NCBI GenBank assembly: GCA_002104905.1
Contig: MCFE01000227.1
Span: 58,436 to 122,435, forward strand
Reading direction: 5' to 3'
Source: Basidiobolus meristosporus CBS 931.73
Taxonomy: Eukaryota > Fungi > Basidiobolomycota
DNA length: 64,000 bases
This document shows positions 50,170-61,689 of the stretch, in pieces. The notes beneath the pieces were generated by a model that worked only from the letters and a program-made list of their open reading frames with translations, searched no databases and was not told the DNA's origin. A program made the translations under genes and the position numbers. Every line of letters begins with the position of its first letter. Within the stretch, counting starts at the first letter, position 1.

Positions 50170-51341
50170 ATGGCCAAGAATCATTTCCAGGTTGAGCCAA
50201 GGAAAAATACACAAGAGCTTGCTGCGACATTGCAGACATTTCGAGCTGAGTTTAAAAATGGCTCCTTGACAGTTTCCGAGTTTATTTCGGCATACATTAT
50301 CCTATTTACTGCCAACAAACGACCCAACAAATGGCTTACTGGTAAACTGAACCCATCCATTGAGTATGAGCTTTCTTGGTTGTATCCAGAGATGCAGAAC
50401 CCTACTGCCGCCTCATTATGTAAATATCAAGATGAGCTGGGAATCTCGCCACAAGATCTCTCAAGACTTCGAAAAATGCTACCAAAAGGTGATTCCGAAA
50501 AGGAGTTGACCTTTACGGATGTATTCAAATACGCAGCAGTCTACGGAGTAGAGCGTTATGTTAATCAAGCGATCGTCAATTTGGGTAAGAAATGCGGCGG
50601 TTCTTTTTACCATCACTTGCGCTAACCGATCATCCAGCTCTAGGCTCACCTACAATCCATTTATTGTTTCACATCCCTTCGGCAGTGCGGGTCCTAAAAT
50701 TCCAAGCCGAAGGCTCAAGAATAGTAACTTGCTTTTTGAAAGCCACCGAACTGGAGCAGATTCTTACCGACACTTACCCACCATACGAAAGCCGGGATGT
50801 GGTCGGATTTATGATCCATGACTTGAAGCATTTGCAAGCGTTCTTCGAGCCATCGTTGTATTTTGAACAGGTACGAGGGGCTCCTCGTGGTACCACCACC
50901 TCTTCGTTCAGCTAAGATAAATTATACTAGGTCGGTTTTGCTCATTGCCTGGCCTCCACCTTGGAATACCCTGGACTGCGAGAGTTTTTTAGCGACCCGT
51001 ACTTTGCGGCTGACTTTGACCACTGTATATCTGACATGAATTCGGCCTCCATTCATTTACTGTCCTTCCTGAAGGCTAAATGGATCTCTGCGTTCCACCG
51101 GTCAATCTATCCACCACCATGTACGAAGCTAAGACTTGACGATGATGAGCACGAACTATTCGAAGTGAGATACTGGAAGCCTTTACTGAGTTCGTGGGGA
51201 ATGCCTCAAGCCCACCTCGATCACTGCTGGAAAATCTGCAAGCCTCAATTCAGCCAAGAGGACAAATTGGCCATTAGGAGGTGGTTCCACGAGCTAGGCT
51301 GCCAGTTGATGAATAGGCATGCAGAGTTCGTTGTGGCATGA
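50170..51341 (+). CDS. Uncharacterised protein with RD..F.IHDLKH and DFDHCISDMN motifs, 3 exons, ~350 aa
   Basis: Exons 50170-50584, 50644-50870, 50931-51341 join in frame via GT-AG introns; the start codon is uncertain. Confidence 0.72.
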
Positions 51342-51473
51342 AGGGAGGGCTTCACCCATCCTTGTGCCACTCTCCGCCGACGTCCAGAATAAAGCAGATC
51401 TCAAAACAATGCATGTTGCTTATTTCTTGATGTTGCCTCGGTCATGGTTAGAAGCCTCTGCTGTGTTTCGAGT

Positions 51474-52415
51474 TTAGTTTTTATTGATAATACAGACCAC
51501 TTGCTCCTCGTTTGCACTCCACATGCCCGCTCTCTTGCCCAGCTTGATATCGCTCTGAGGATTATGAAGCATGTTGAGTGCGTGTTGGAGCTTTCTCACG
51601 TCAAACGGTTCATCATTGGATTCGATCAACTCCCCAACCAAGCTCATAGCAGCCAAGTCATCGACACTATCTCCGTAGAACCTGCTGTTACATACAACTG
51701 AGCTCATGGTAATCTTATCACGAGGGTACAGCGATTGTAATACAGGGAGAATCCCTCGCTCCTGAAGCACCTCATTCCGGGTTCTGTAGAGTCTAAGCAA
51801 GTTGGAATGGTGGTGTTTCTGCCCATGGGTGGCGAAGTAACTAGCAGCAACCTTTCCTGCAAAGGCTTTCTCCATGTCGGCGTACACCAGGAATATGCCG
51901 CCGCCGTCCGCGAGCAAGTCGTACAACTGGACAATAAAATCTTTCAGGTCGGCCTCGGGGTTGACATCTTCAGCAGTAAGATCGGTCAAATGGTATATCA
52001 TGTGAATCGATAGGACGCAGTCGGCAAAATTCTGCTTGTCCTTCCTCTTCAAATACTCCTGTGCTGGGCTTGAACTGGCCTCCCTTAGTTGGATATCGTA
52101 GCGACGCAAGCGCTCTATGTATTCATTTAGTAGCATGCGGTTGGGTTCTTCTATGTAGAAGGTGGACTCCAAGACGTATGGATGAATGTCGTCCAAAAGT
52201 TCACCGGCCCCGGCGCCCAAGTCCACAATGACCTTCTTGCCGCTCACAAAGTCCAGCAAGTACGGTGTAAACAGTTCCCTCTGATCGTTTCCAATGACAT
52301 GGCCAGTACGCTCGTCCCTTTGGAAAACCCTGTCATTGAAGGCCCTCTTGTAGGCCTCATTGTTTGTTATGCCGGTGAACTCTGTCAACAATTGACTACC
52401 GATGAACGATTCCAT
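51474..52415 (-). CDS. Class I SAM-dependent methyltransferase, intronless, 313 aa
   Basis: Motif I VIVDLGAGAGE, acidic end of beta-2 (YIEEPN), ADCVLSIHMIYHL (post-beta-4), resembling small-molecule N-methyltransferases. Confidence 0.85.
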   Translation of the reverse strand: MESFIGSQLLTEFTGITNNEAYKRAFNDRVFQRDERTGHVIGNDQRELFTPYLLDFVSGKKVIVDLGAGAGELLDDIHPYVLESTFYIEEPNRMLLNEYIERLRRYDIQLREASSSPAQEYLKRKDKQNFADCVLSIHMIYHLTDLTAEDVNPEADLKDFIVQLYDLLADGGGIFLVYADMEKAFAGKVAASYFATHGQKHHHSNLLRLYRTRNEVLQERGILPVLQSLYPRDKITMSSVVCNSRFYGDSVDDLAAMSLVGELIESNDEPFDVRKLQHALNMLHNPQSDIKLGKRAGMWSANEEQVVCIINKN

Positions 52416-53059
52416 AGTTGCTAATGCCAAATCATCTCATAGGCACTTTATATCTGTATCACAACTTCCAGAGTTGCGGTCCAACATAAAATTCACCCAT
52501 TTGGTAATAATTGAGCATACATTTAATTGCCTAAGGATTGGATGTTCCTCTGTCATTTAAGAATGCCTAATGTGGAAAATTGTCATGCAGATCCAACAAT
52601 GGGCGTTGCACATCATTGAAAATTTTCTGTGTAGCAATATTGGATGCCACACACACACACACACACACATACTGATACGATATCAGCACCCATTTTGGCT
52701 TACCTGAGCAAAGATGGTCGTGTGTCAGTTTATTTTATTGTGTTGTTGGTTCAAGCCCAGTTTTTCATATCCAAAGTAAGCTTCCCCATAACTTTACCAT
52801 CTTCGACCTTCTTCAAGGCGATCCCAAGGCCCACCAACGAAAACCCTCGCTAAAACTCACCAGAGAAACATGAGAGGTGAACCGTTGATTAGTGTGTCGT
52901 GAGTTGTTGCGTGCACGCAATTGCATAAAGCAGTCACATAATTTATTGTCAGGGGCCCATGATTGGTACAGACATAACTGGTGGTGAATTGGCTGCCTAG
53001 GTGTTTCATGGTCAAATGATACGAGGGGTTCCATTGCTAGGTAGATTATTGATTAGTAA

Positions 53060-53995
53060 GCTACTGTGTCTTGACAATACGCAGAGTGCTTTGGGTGACT
53101 TCGTCAGAATATTTGATTTCGATGTTTTGAGGGTCGCGCCGGAGGGCGAGATTGTAAGGTTGAAGCCGCTGGGATAGTAAATACGACGGTTGAGCTTGAC
53201 CTCGGTAGGCGCAGTAATAGAGCTATCTGCAGTCCAAGTGATTTGATAATCAGAGGTATCTTCATTGAACCTCATTGACTTGACAATGTGCGAGCATAAT
53301 GCCTTCCCAGGTCAGCATGGGGCTTGCCATTGTCATCGAAGAGGTTCTTAAACTCCCATCCGATCCAGGATTGCAAGTATTGGTCGGATAGGTCAACAGT
53401 CTGGCGCATCTCCTTCATGACCTTATCGTCGCCCATCCACATCTGAAACTCTGTCAACATACCTTCAGTGCACAGGCGATCCTGGTCATTACGGCGGTTC
53501 TTGAACATCCCCTCCAGCGAGGTTTGAGAGGGCTTGTAGTAATGGCCCGGAACATCCTCGTGTCCAGCACTGATATCCTATGTCACTCCTTCAAAGAACA
53601 CCAGGGTGGTGTTATCCACCGACCGGATCTCCTTGTTGCACTTGCTCCACAGTGGCTACACACACAACACCAGGCACTAGTAGAGTTGGGTCTGACCATG
53701 GCTCTATCAAAAGCAAGTCAGTTGTGAAACAGAAGGACAGACCGTTTTCGCCTACCATTGAGCAGATCGTATCCTAATACGCTATTGTATCCTCCATACT
53801 CGACGGCAAGGCAATTCCAGTATTCCAGTACAGAAGGAATACTCTAGGATATGGCTGCAAGCTTGGCCGGTGGCCAGATACCAAGGTTCCCATTTCTTCA
53901 CTACGTTGGTTCCATGAAACCGCTGAGTTCGGTCACAAGAGTCCAAGAATTGATGGGAGGAACTGTGAACCTTCAGTACCTTGGCATGGGGATCT
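53060..53995 (-). pseudogene. Endoglycoceramidase-like GH5 pseudogene
   Basis: Ordered fragments FHGTNVVKKWEPWY; VLGYDLLN|EPW (NEP across an intron); IRSVDNTTLVFFEGVT* (TAG where W is expected); MLTEF; SWIGWEFK; C-terminal beta domain APTEV...YYPSG. Has internal deletions and an 8-bp duplication (TACTGGAA x2). Confidence 0.75.
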
Positions 53996-54004
53996 AACCC
54001 CTAA

Positions 54005-54125
54005 GTAAATGAATCTTAGACAAGTATTTTTTACTACACATATGATCCCAAGAGAAGAAATGCAATATCTGATCAATAGCGCTACTCTGTTGGTTGATGA
54101 GATGGAATTAGTGGGCACACAGTTA
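54005..54125 (+). mobile_element. Copia gag scrap abutting the 5' end of the pseudogene
   Basis: REEMQYLINSATLLVDEMELVG matches gag of the resident copia family. Confidence 0.6.
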
Positions 54126-54652
54126 GAGGAGGGAAGGTCACTGTTATGGTGAAACCTTTATTTTTTGTTAAGTAGTTACAAATATAACTGAAGCAACAAA
54201 ATAAATAAGCCAACTAAGAGTTTTTAAGTCTCTCAAGTAAATAATCTAATTTTTAATATTTTTTTGGGTAAGATTGCACAGAATTAAATAATGTTTGTCT
54301 TGAGAGAAGAGAAAGCTGAGGGGTGTTGGAGGAATCACAAACTGTAAGTGACACTTGTCTACATAATGAATATTACTGCAAAAGCCTGGAATCATGTTGA
54401 CTAGGGTCCTAATATAAACATTGAGAAACCTATCTAGACAGTAAAAATCATGGGTGGAGAATAGTGTCAGAGGGTGGAGAGTCAAAAAGTATTGATGCAA
54501 TCTTTGTTTGCAGCCTGGACTGAAACAAGCAAAGTATCCAGTAGGGATGTAGGTCCCTTATGCAACAAATCTAAGCTGAATTCAAAGCAGTATCACAGAA
54601 TATATCAAGTTCAGGGATACATGGGGAGGGGGGAGGGTGTAGATGTTATAAG

Positions 54653-57600
54653 TGTTGTAAGAGTCTTGGAGATATTGGAAGTGATTGGGAAAACAAGTAG
54701 ATTATGTGGTTTTACATGATGATTTATTGAATGTAAAAGTAGTATTTATACTTTTACCTGGTCTTGACATTACAAACACGCAGAATAGGTTAAGGAAGGT
54801 CCCAAAAACATGTGTGCAAAGTTTGGGGCTGTTTGGACAACTTTGAGAATTTTCATGCTCTGGGTAAATATTCTAAGTAAACCCCAACAAGGAATTTGGT
54901 CAGTATTCTCTAGAATTTGAGGGTAATGATCTAAGTGACTAAGTTAGGTCAATATTCAGGTGGAATTACAAATCTCTACAACACTCCCACTCAGCTAAAT
55001 GTTCATACCAACAAGTCCTAATTTTGACCTAAGATATTCAATCTTGTCACTAGCTAATGGTTTGGTAAATATGTCTGCAATCATTTCATCTGTAGGACAG
55101 TACACTAAGCTAACTAAGTTATTCTCTATAGTTTCATGTATGAAATGATGTCTAATATCCATGTGCTTGGTTCTTGCATGAAAAGTTAGATTTCTACCTA
55201 ATTGTATACATCCTTGATTATCTTGAAATAAAGTAATAGGCGCTTTTTGACATAGGCCTAAATCTGTAAGAAGCTTTCTTAGCCACATTGCTTCTTTTGT
55301 AGCTTCACAGGCTGCCATATACTCTGCCTCTGTGGTGGAAAGTGCTACAGTTGGTTGCTTTCTTGAATTCCATGAAATTGCTCCTTTACAGTAAAGAAAG
55401 GTGTATCCTGTGGTGGATCTTCTGTCTTCTAAATTTTGTCCCCAATCAGCATCAGAGTATCCCACAAGATTCTGTTCTGAATCCTTATAAGTGTATCTTA
55501 AGCAGATATCAGCAGTTCCTTTTAGGTATCTAAAAATCCGCTTAACTGCTGCAATATGATCAGATCCATAGTTCTGATTATGTTGGCTGACAACTCCCAC
55601 TGAATATGAGATATCTGGACGTGTTCCAAGCATGATAGCCAACAGACTGCCAACCATAGATTGATAGGGAAAGTCAGGGCTTTCAGATGGCACCAAGCTC
55701 TCTTGATTTGGTTGAGTTTTAACCAAGTTAAGGTTTGTCTCCATTGGGGTAGCTGCCAGTTTACAGTCTTCCATTTGGTACTTGTTTAGTATATCTTGAA
55801 TATACTTGGACTGGCTTAGGGTGATAGTCTGGGTACTTCTGTCTATGGAGAATGTAATCCCTTAGTAGTAACAGATTTCTCCTAGATTGGACATCTCCAA
55901 CTCTTGAGATAGGCTGGATATAGTCTCTTCCAATGTTGCAAGGTTATTGGTGGCTATAATAAAATCATCCACATATAGAGCTAATAGAGCTGGATTTGCT
56001 CTATCTGGCTTATAGTATATCCTATAGTCAGCATTACTCCTTTTGAAACTCAAAGGTTCCAAATAAGAATCTATCTTGCAATTCCAGGCTCTTGGTGATT
56101 GTTTGAGACCATATAGTGGCTTTTTAAGCTTGCAGACCATGTGGGGGTTATCTTGGTCAACAAACCCATCAGGCTGGTCTATATACATGTCCTCATCAAG
56201 TTCTCCATTCAAAAATGCAGTTTTTACATCCATTTGATGAATAAAAAACTTATATTTGGCTGCAATAGCCAATATTAATCTGATGGAATTAAACTTGGCT
56301 ACCAGTGCAAAGGTCTCAGTATAGTCAAGTCCTTTTGTTTGAGAGTATCCTTTGGCTACAAGTCTTGCCTTGTATCTTTCAATTGTACCATCAGCCTTGT
56401 ATTTTGTCTTGAAGACCCATCTGTATCCAATTGATTTTCAGTTGATTGGTAATTTGACTAAGTCCCAGGTTTGATTTTCCATCAGGACCTGATATTCCTC
56501 AGTCATTGCAGATCTCCAAAACTTTGTCTGAGGGCTATTTAGGGCCTTCTTTACAGTCTGGGGCTCATCAACATGGACTGAATAGTCATAGGCCAAGTTT
56601 GTACCCTCATTGATATAGTAATTTGGGCTATTTCTTGTCTGATTGGATCTCCTGGCATTTGATACTGGAATGATCACTTCTGGGATATTCTGGGCCACTG
56701 ACTCTGGCTGAACCATGGTTGTAGAGTCCTCTGGAGTGAAAAAATTTTCATTGTTTTGCTCTGATTCAATCCTGACAATTGGTGGACTTGAGATCAGATT
56801 TTTGTTATCATTTGATGTCATTTTTTGTGAAAATTCTGAATTTTCATGAAACAACACATCCCTGGACTTGCTCCGCTTCTTTGCTTTGGTATTGTAGAGT
56901 CTGTATCCCTTACTCTCATTGCAGTAGCCCAAAAATGTGCATTTTACACTTTTTGGCTCAAATTTTGACTGATTTCCAGCCAGTTTTTGGTATATGCTGT
57001 ACACCCAAATATTCATAGATGTTCTGCACTTGGTCTATATCCATACCATGCTTCTAATGGAGTAGAATCACAAAGTATTCTGTTATAACTCCAATTTTTA
57101 AGGTATACAGCAATGGCAACTGATTTGGCCCAAAAAATCATGGGATAATTTTTGATCATGGATCATAGTTCTTGCCATATCAATTATTGATCTGTTAGGT
57201 TGTTCTGCTACTCCATTTTGCTGTGGGGAGTATGGTACAGTAGTCTCTTGCTTTATCCCATGAATTTTGCAGAAGTGGATGAAGAGTTTTGCGGTATATT
57301 CTCCACCATTGTCAGAGCATATTTTCTTGATTTTTTCACCAGTTTCTCTCTCCACCATGGCTTTAAGCTCCCTGAACTTAGACAAAGCTTCTTCCTTTCT
57401 CTCCATGAAGTAGAGCCATGTGTATCTTGTATAATCATCAATAAAAGTGATTAAATACTTCATCCTGCCTAAGGATAAATTTTGCATAGGTCTACACAGA
57501 TCTGAGTGAATTAGATCTAATTTTTTCCTAGTTCTGATTAACCCAGAGCTCTTGAACAGTTGTCTGGCTTGCTTCCCATATATGCAGGCTTCACCGTGCT

Positions 57601-59316
57601 CCCAATTAGCTGGGGGATTAGTTTTCACTCCAGAAATTAGCTGAACTTTGATCATTTTACGCAAATAATCAAAATTGATGTGTCCAAATCTCCTGTGCCA
57701 AAGCATTGGTGTTTCTTCATTTAAGTTACTTATATTGGCTTCCAGATATGATGGAATATAGGTCAACTTGTGTAGCTTCTGATCTCTGATGCCTGAAGCA
57801 ATATGGGCACCATTTTGATCAGTAATCCTGCATCTAGAATTATCAAAACTGAAACTGAGTCCTTCTGCTGTGGCCTTGCTTACAGAGAGTAGGTTCTTGG
57901 CTATTTCTAGTACATAGGGTACTTCTTTAAAGGTCTGTGTATGGCTTCCTTCACTGCTTCTAAGGTTTACTTGGATAGTTCCTTCTCCCACTGCATCAAG
58001 TGTTCTATTGTCACCCATAAAAACCTTCTTAATTGGAATTTCTTGATATTGGGTAAAAGTTCTTTTTGGTGTGTAAAGTGTTGAAATGCTCCAGAGTCAA
58101 TATACCACGTCTGAAAATCCTTGTGTGCGGTCATATTTAGTGCAGATATAAATAGTCTATCTTCAGTTGTTGCAGCATTTCCATATTCAGGCTTCATTTG
58201 CTAATAATCTCTCTTTTTGAGACACTGGTCTGATGTGTGTCCTTTCCTTGTGCAGTAGTTGCAAAATAGGTTGCTGTTGCCTTTGTAGGGTCTTGGGTAC
58301 CTCCTTTGTTGGCTATCATTGCTTATTAAAGAATTTTCTTCTTCCTTCTTGTTGGCGCTTGATTTTCTTAATTCTTCATCAAGGAGCCTTCCATATACAA
58401 ATTTAAGGTCAAATCTTCAGTTCTGGACTCTAGGGCTGATACAAGGCCCTGAAACTTGTCTGTCAGGCTATTCAGGATGGTAACTATCACATCCTCATCA
58501 GTAGTTGGTACGCCCACAGATTCCATCTCATCTACCAGCAGGGTAGTTCTGTTGATTAGATTTTTCACTTCTTCTCCTGGCAGCATCTTTGTAGTAAAGA
58601 ATTTTTGTCTCAGATACATCTTCTTGCAGCTGAACATGACTGGTAGGTGTCTTCTAATGCTTTCCAGGCATTCTTTGCCGTTTTTGCTCTTGAGCATTGA
58701 GTAAGCAACTTGTCCTTGACATTAAGGCAAATGCAGTTAAAGGCACTTTGTTCTTTCTTCTGGTACTTTAAGGCTTCCTTTCCCATATTTTTAGGAGGGC
58801 ATTCTTCTCCCATGACAATATCCCAAAGGCCTCTTTCTTGTAGCAGCATCTTCATCTTCACCTTCCACACTTGGTACTTGAATCCAACTAACTTTTCAGC
58901 AAAGGGAAAAATTCCAGTAATAGCAGTAGTAGACATTACAGAGAGTGACAGCTTGGGGCTCATATCTTGTTGTAAGAGTCTTGGAGATATTGGAAGTGAT
59001 TGGGAGGATAAGTAGATTATGTGGTTTTCACTTAATGATTTGATAAATGTAAAAGTAGTAGTTATACTTTTACCTGGTCTTGGCATTACAAGCATGTAGA
59101 ATAGGTTAAGGAAGGTCCCAAGTACATGTGTGCAAAGTTTGGGGCTGTTTGGACAACTTTGAGAATTTTCATGTTCTGGGTACCTGGTATTTTGGTGAAA
59201 ATATTCTAAGTATATCCCAACAAGGAATTTGGTCAGTATTCTCTAGGATTTGAAGGTGATGATCTAAGTGACTAAGTTAGGTGGATATTTAGGTGGAATT
59301 ACAAATTTTTACAACA
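54653..59316 (-). mobile_element. Full-length Ty1/copia retrotransposon (frameshifted)
   Basis: 5' LTR 58968-59316, PBS-like site, gag with CNYCTRKGHTSDQC knuckle, protease WYIDSGA, integrase (HSDLC, SDNGGEY), RT LALYVDD, RNase H to 54995, PPT, 3' LTR 54653-54983. No matching TSD. Confidence 0.92.
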
Positions 59317-60054
59317 GTTGCAGTGGTGAAGTCTGAGATATAATCTGGTTCTAAGGTAGAGTAGTCTGATCTTGTAGGGCATAAACCCAAAAGCACCAAG
59401 AATAGCATGTCTGTAGGGGCATTCAGGCAGATGAGGCACCAGGGATGTGATGCCCCAGACTGCAAACTTGTCATGCTTAGTGCAGTCTCTAGAAGTAAGA
59501 GAGAGAAGTGGTAAGCCAAATTCCAGGACAGGGAAGACAAACTGCTTGAGTAGAAGGAGGCAGCTGGGAGCTGAAGTTGTAAGAGGAGGTACAGCCAGTA
59601 GCTTGTGGAGTGCTTGTCTTGCCAGGATGATTCTCTTCTTCAGGTGTACTCTAGAGTCTAGTCCAGTAGGAAGGAAAGGAAAGCCAAGATATGTAGCAGA
59701 AACCTGAGCAGGTAGAGTGCAGCTGTCTAAGTTGATAGGACAACCCAAAGGTACTGTCTTTGCAATGGAAAGCTGGAGATTATTCTTCTGCAGATACTGG
59801 TGGATGGACTGGGAATCTTGTTGCACATTGGAGGAGGATATTCTGATGTCATCAGCAAAGAGAGTAACCAGGCAGTCAGCTGAGAGTCTTGGGAAGTCAT
59901 TCAGGAAGATGGCAAATAGTATAAGACCAAGCACAGAGCCTTGACCTACTCCATTAGGAACTGAGAACACAGCTGATTGCTCACTTGGGTGCAGAATTCT
60001 TGCTTGTGGATCCAGAAACAGAGACCTGACAAGGAGGGTGAGAGAGGTACTGGA
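59317..60054 (-). mobile_element. LINE RT fragment, same family as 61690-64000
   Basis: QGSVLGLILF...LFADD; closely colinear with 62115-62854; cut at both ends. Confidence 0.88.
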
Positions 60055-60673
60055 TGTTGTGCATCAACATTTAAAACTTAGCCAATTTTACTCCGTTTGA
60101 AAATCTAGTACCCTAACTGATTTTCCCTAACCCATACATAACAAATCCCAGTTACAGTTTATTTTATCCCACCTCAGAATCAATTTTTAGCTATCACAAC
60201 TGATCTATTTTCAAATGGGCATTATGTTATCAACCTATCTGCCAAGCCTTCCCAGGTGATTAGTCATCTGAGATCTATCCAACCACTGTGCAGTTGCCAA
60301 GACATCAGTTGATTGATGATGTAATTTTCATTTATCTTATGCACCTATGAACACCCAAATTGATTTTAATCAATCCAGTCCCTTGGCACTTACTAATTCA
60401 ACTTGATCAGAAAAGTAAAAATTAAGTTTACTAAACCTTTTGGTTTAGTGTGTGTCTCAACAAAATTAAGATTCCGTCTCAGCAAAAATATGAATCCAAC
60501 AATTCCGTTCTAGTTTCTATCCAAGCCTAGTATATCTAGCACTCCAAAGAACACCAAGCCTAGCCTGCCTAGCAAACAAATATCATTATCTTTATAGCCA
60601 ACCCAGCTACATCCAAGACCAATATTAGATCAGAATCTTTCTGCTAATATTTCCGCCACTCTCTGACAATTCT

Positions 60674-61685
60674 TGTTGTAAGAGTTTTGGAGATATTGGA
60701 AGTGATTTGGAGAACAAGTAGATTATGTGTTTTTCACTTAATGATTTATTGAATGTAAAAGTGGTATTTATACTTTTACCTGGTCTTGGCATTACAAACA
60801 CGTAGAATAGGTTAAGGAAGGTCCCAAGAACATGTGTGCAAAGTTTGGGGCTGTTTGGACAACTTTGAGAATTTTCATGTTCTGGGTACCTGGTATTTTG
60901 GTGAAAATATTCTAAGTAAATCCCGACAAGGAATTTGGTCAGTATTTTCTAGGATTTGAAGGTAATGATCTAAGTGACTAAGTTAGGTGAATATTTAGGT
61001 GGAAATACAAATTTTTACAACACTCCCACTCAGCTAAATGTTCATACTGACTAGTCCTAATTTTGACCTAAGATATTCAAACTTGTCTCTAGCTAATGGT
61101 TTGGTAAATATGTCTGCAATCATTTCATCTGTAGGACAGTAAACTAAGCTAACTAAGTTACTCTCTATAGCTTCACGTATGAAATGATGTCTAATATCTA
61201 TGTGCTTGGTTCTAGCATGAAAAGTTGGATTTCTACCTAATTGTATACATCCTTGATTATCTTGAAATAAAGTAATAGGCGTTTTTTGACATAGGCCTAA
61301 ATCTGGTAAGAGTTTTCTTAACCACATTGCTTCTTTTGTAGCTTCACAGGCTGCCATATACTCTGCCTCTGTAGTAGAAAGTGCTACGGTTGGTTGCTTT
61401 CTTGAATTCCATGAAATGGCTCCTTTACAGTAAAGAAAGGTATATCCAGTGGTGGATCTTCTGTCTTCAAAATTCCGTCCCCAATCAGCATCAGAGTATC
61501 CCACAAGATCATGTTCTGAATCCTTATAAGTGTATCTTAAGCAGATATCAGCAGTTCCTTTTAGGTATCTAAAAATCCGCTTGACTGCTGCAATATGATC
61601 AGATCCATAATTCTGATTATGTTGGCTGACAACTCCCACTGAATATGAGATATCTGGACGTGTTCCAAGCATGATATACATCAGG
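60674..61685 (-). mobile_element. Copia 3' LTR (60674-61022) plus RNase H end, abutting the LINE 3' end
   Basis: 349-bp LTR, PPT GCTGAGTGGGAG, intact GYSDADWG...TEAEY...ADIFTKPL frame. Confidence 0.9.
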
Positions 61686-61689
61686 GGGA

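Noticed and set aside
60055-60668. Possible solo LTR of another family (TGTTG...TGACA)
   Set aside because: No second copy in the window and no matching TSD.
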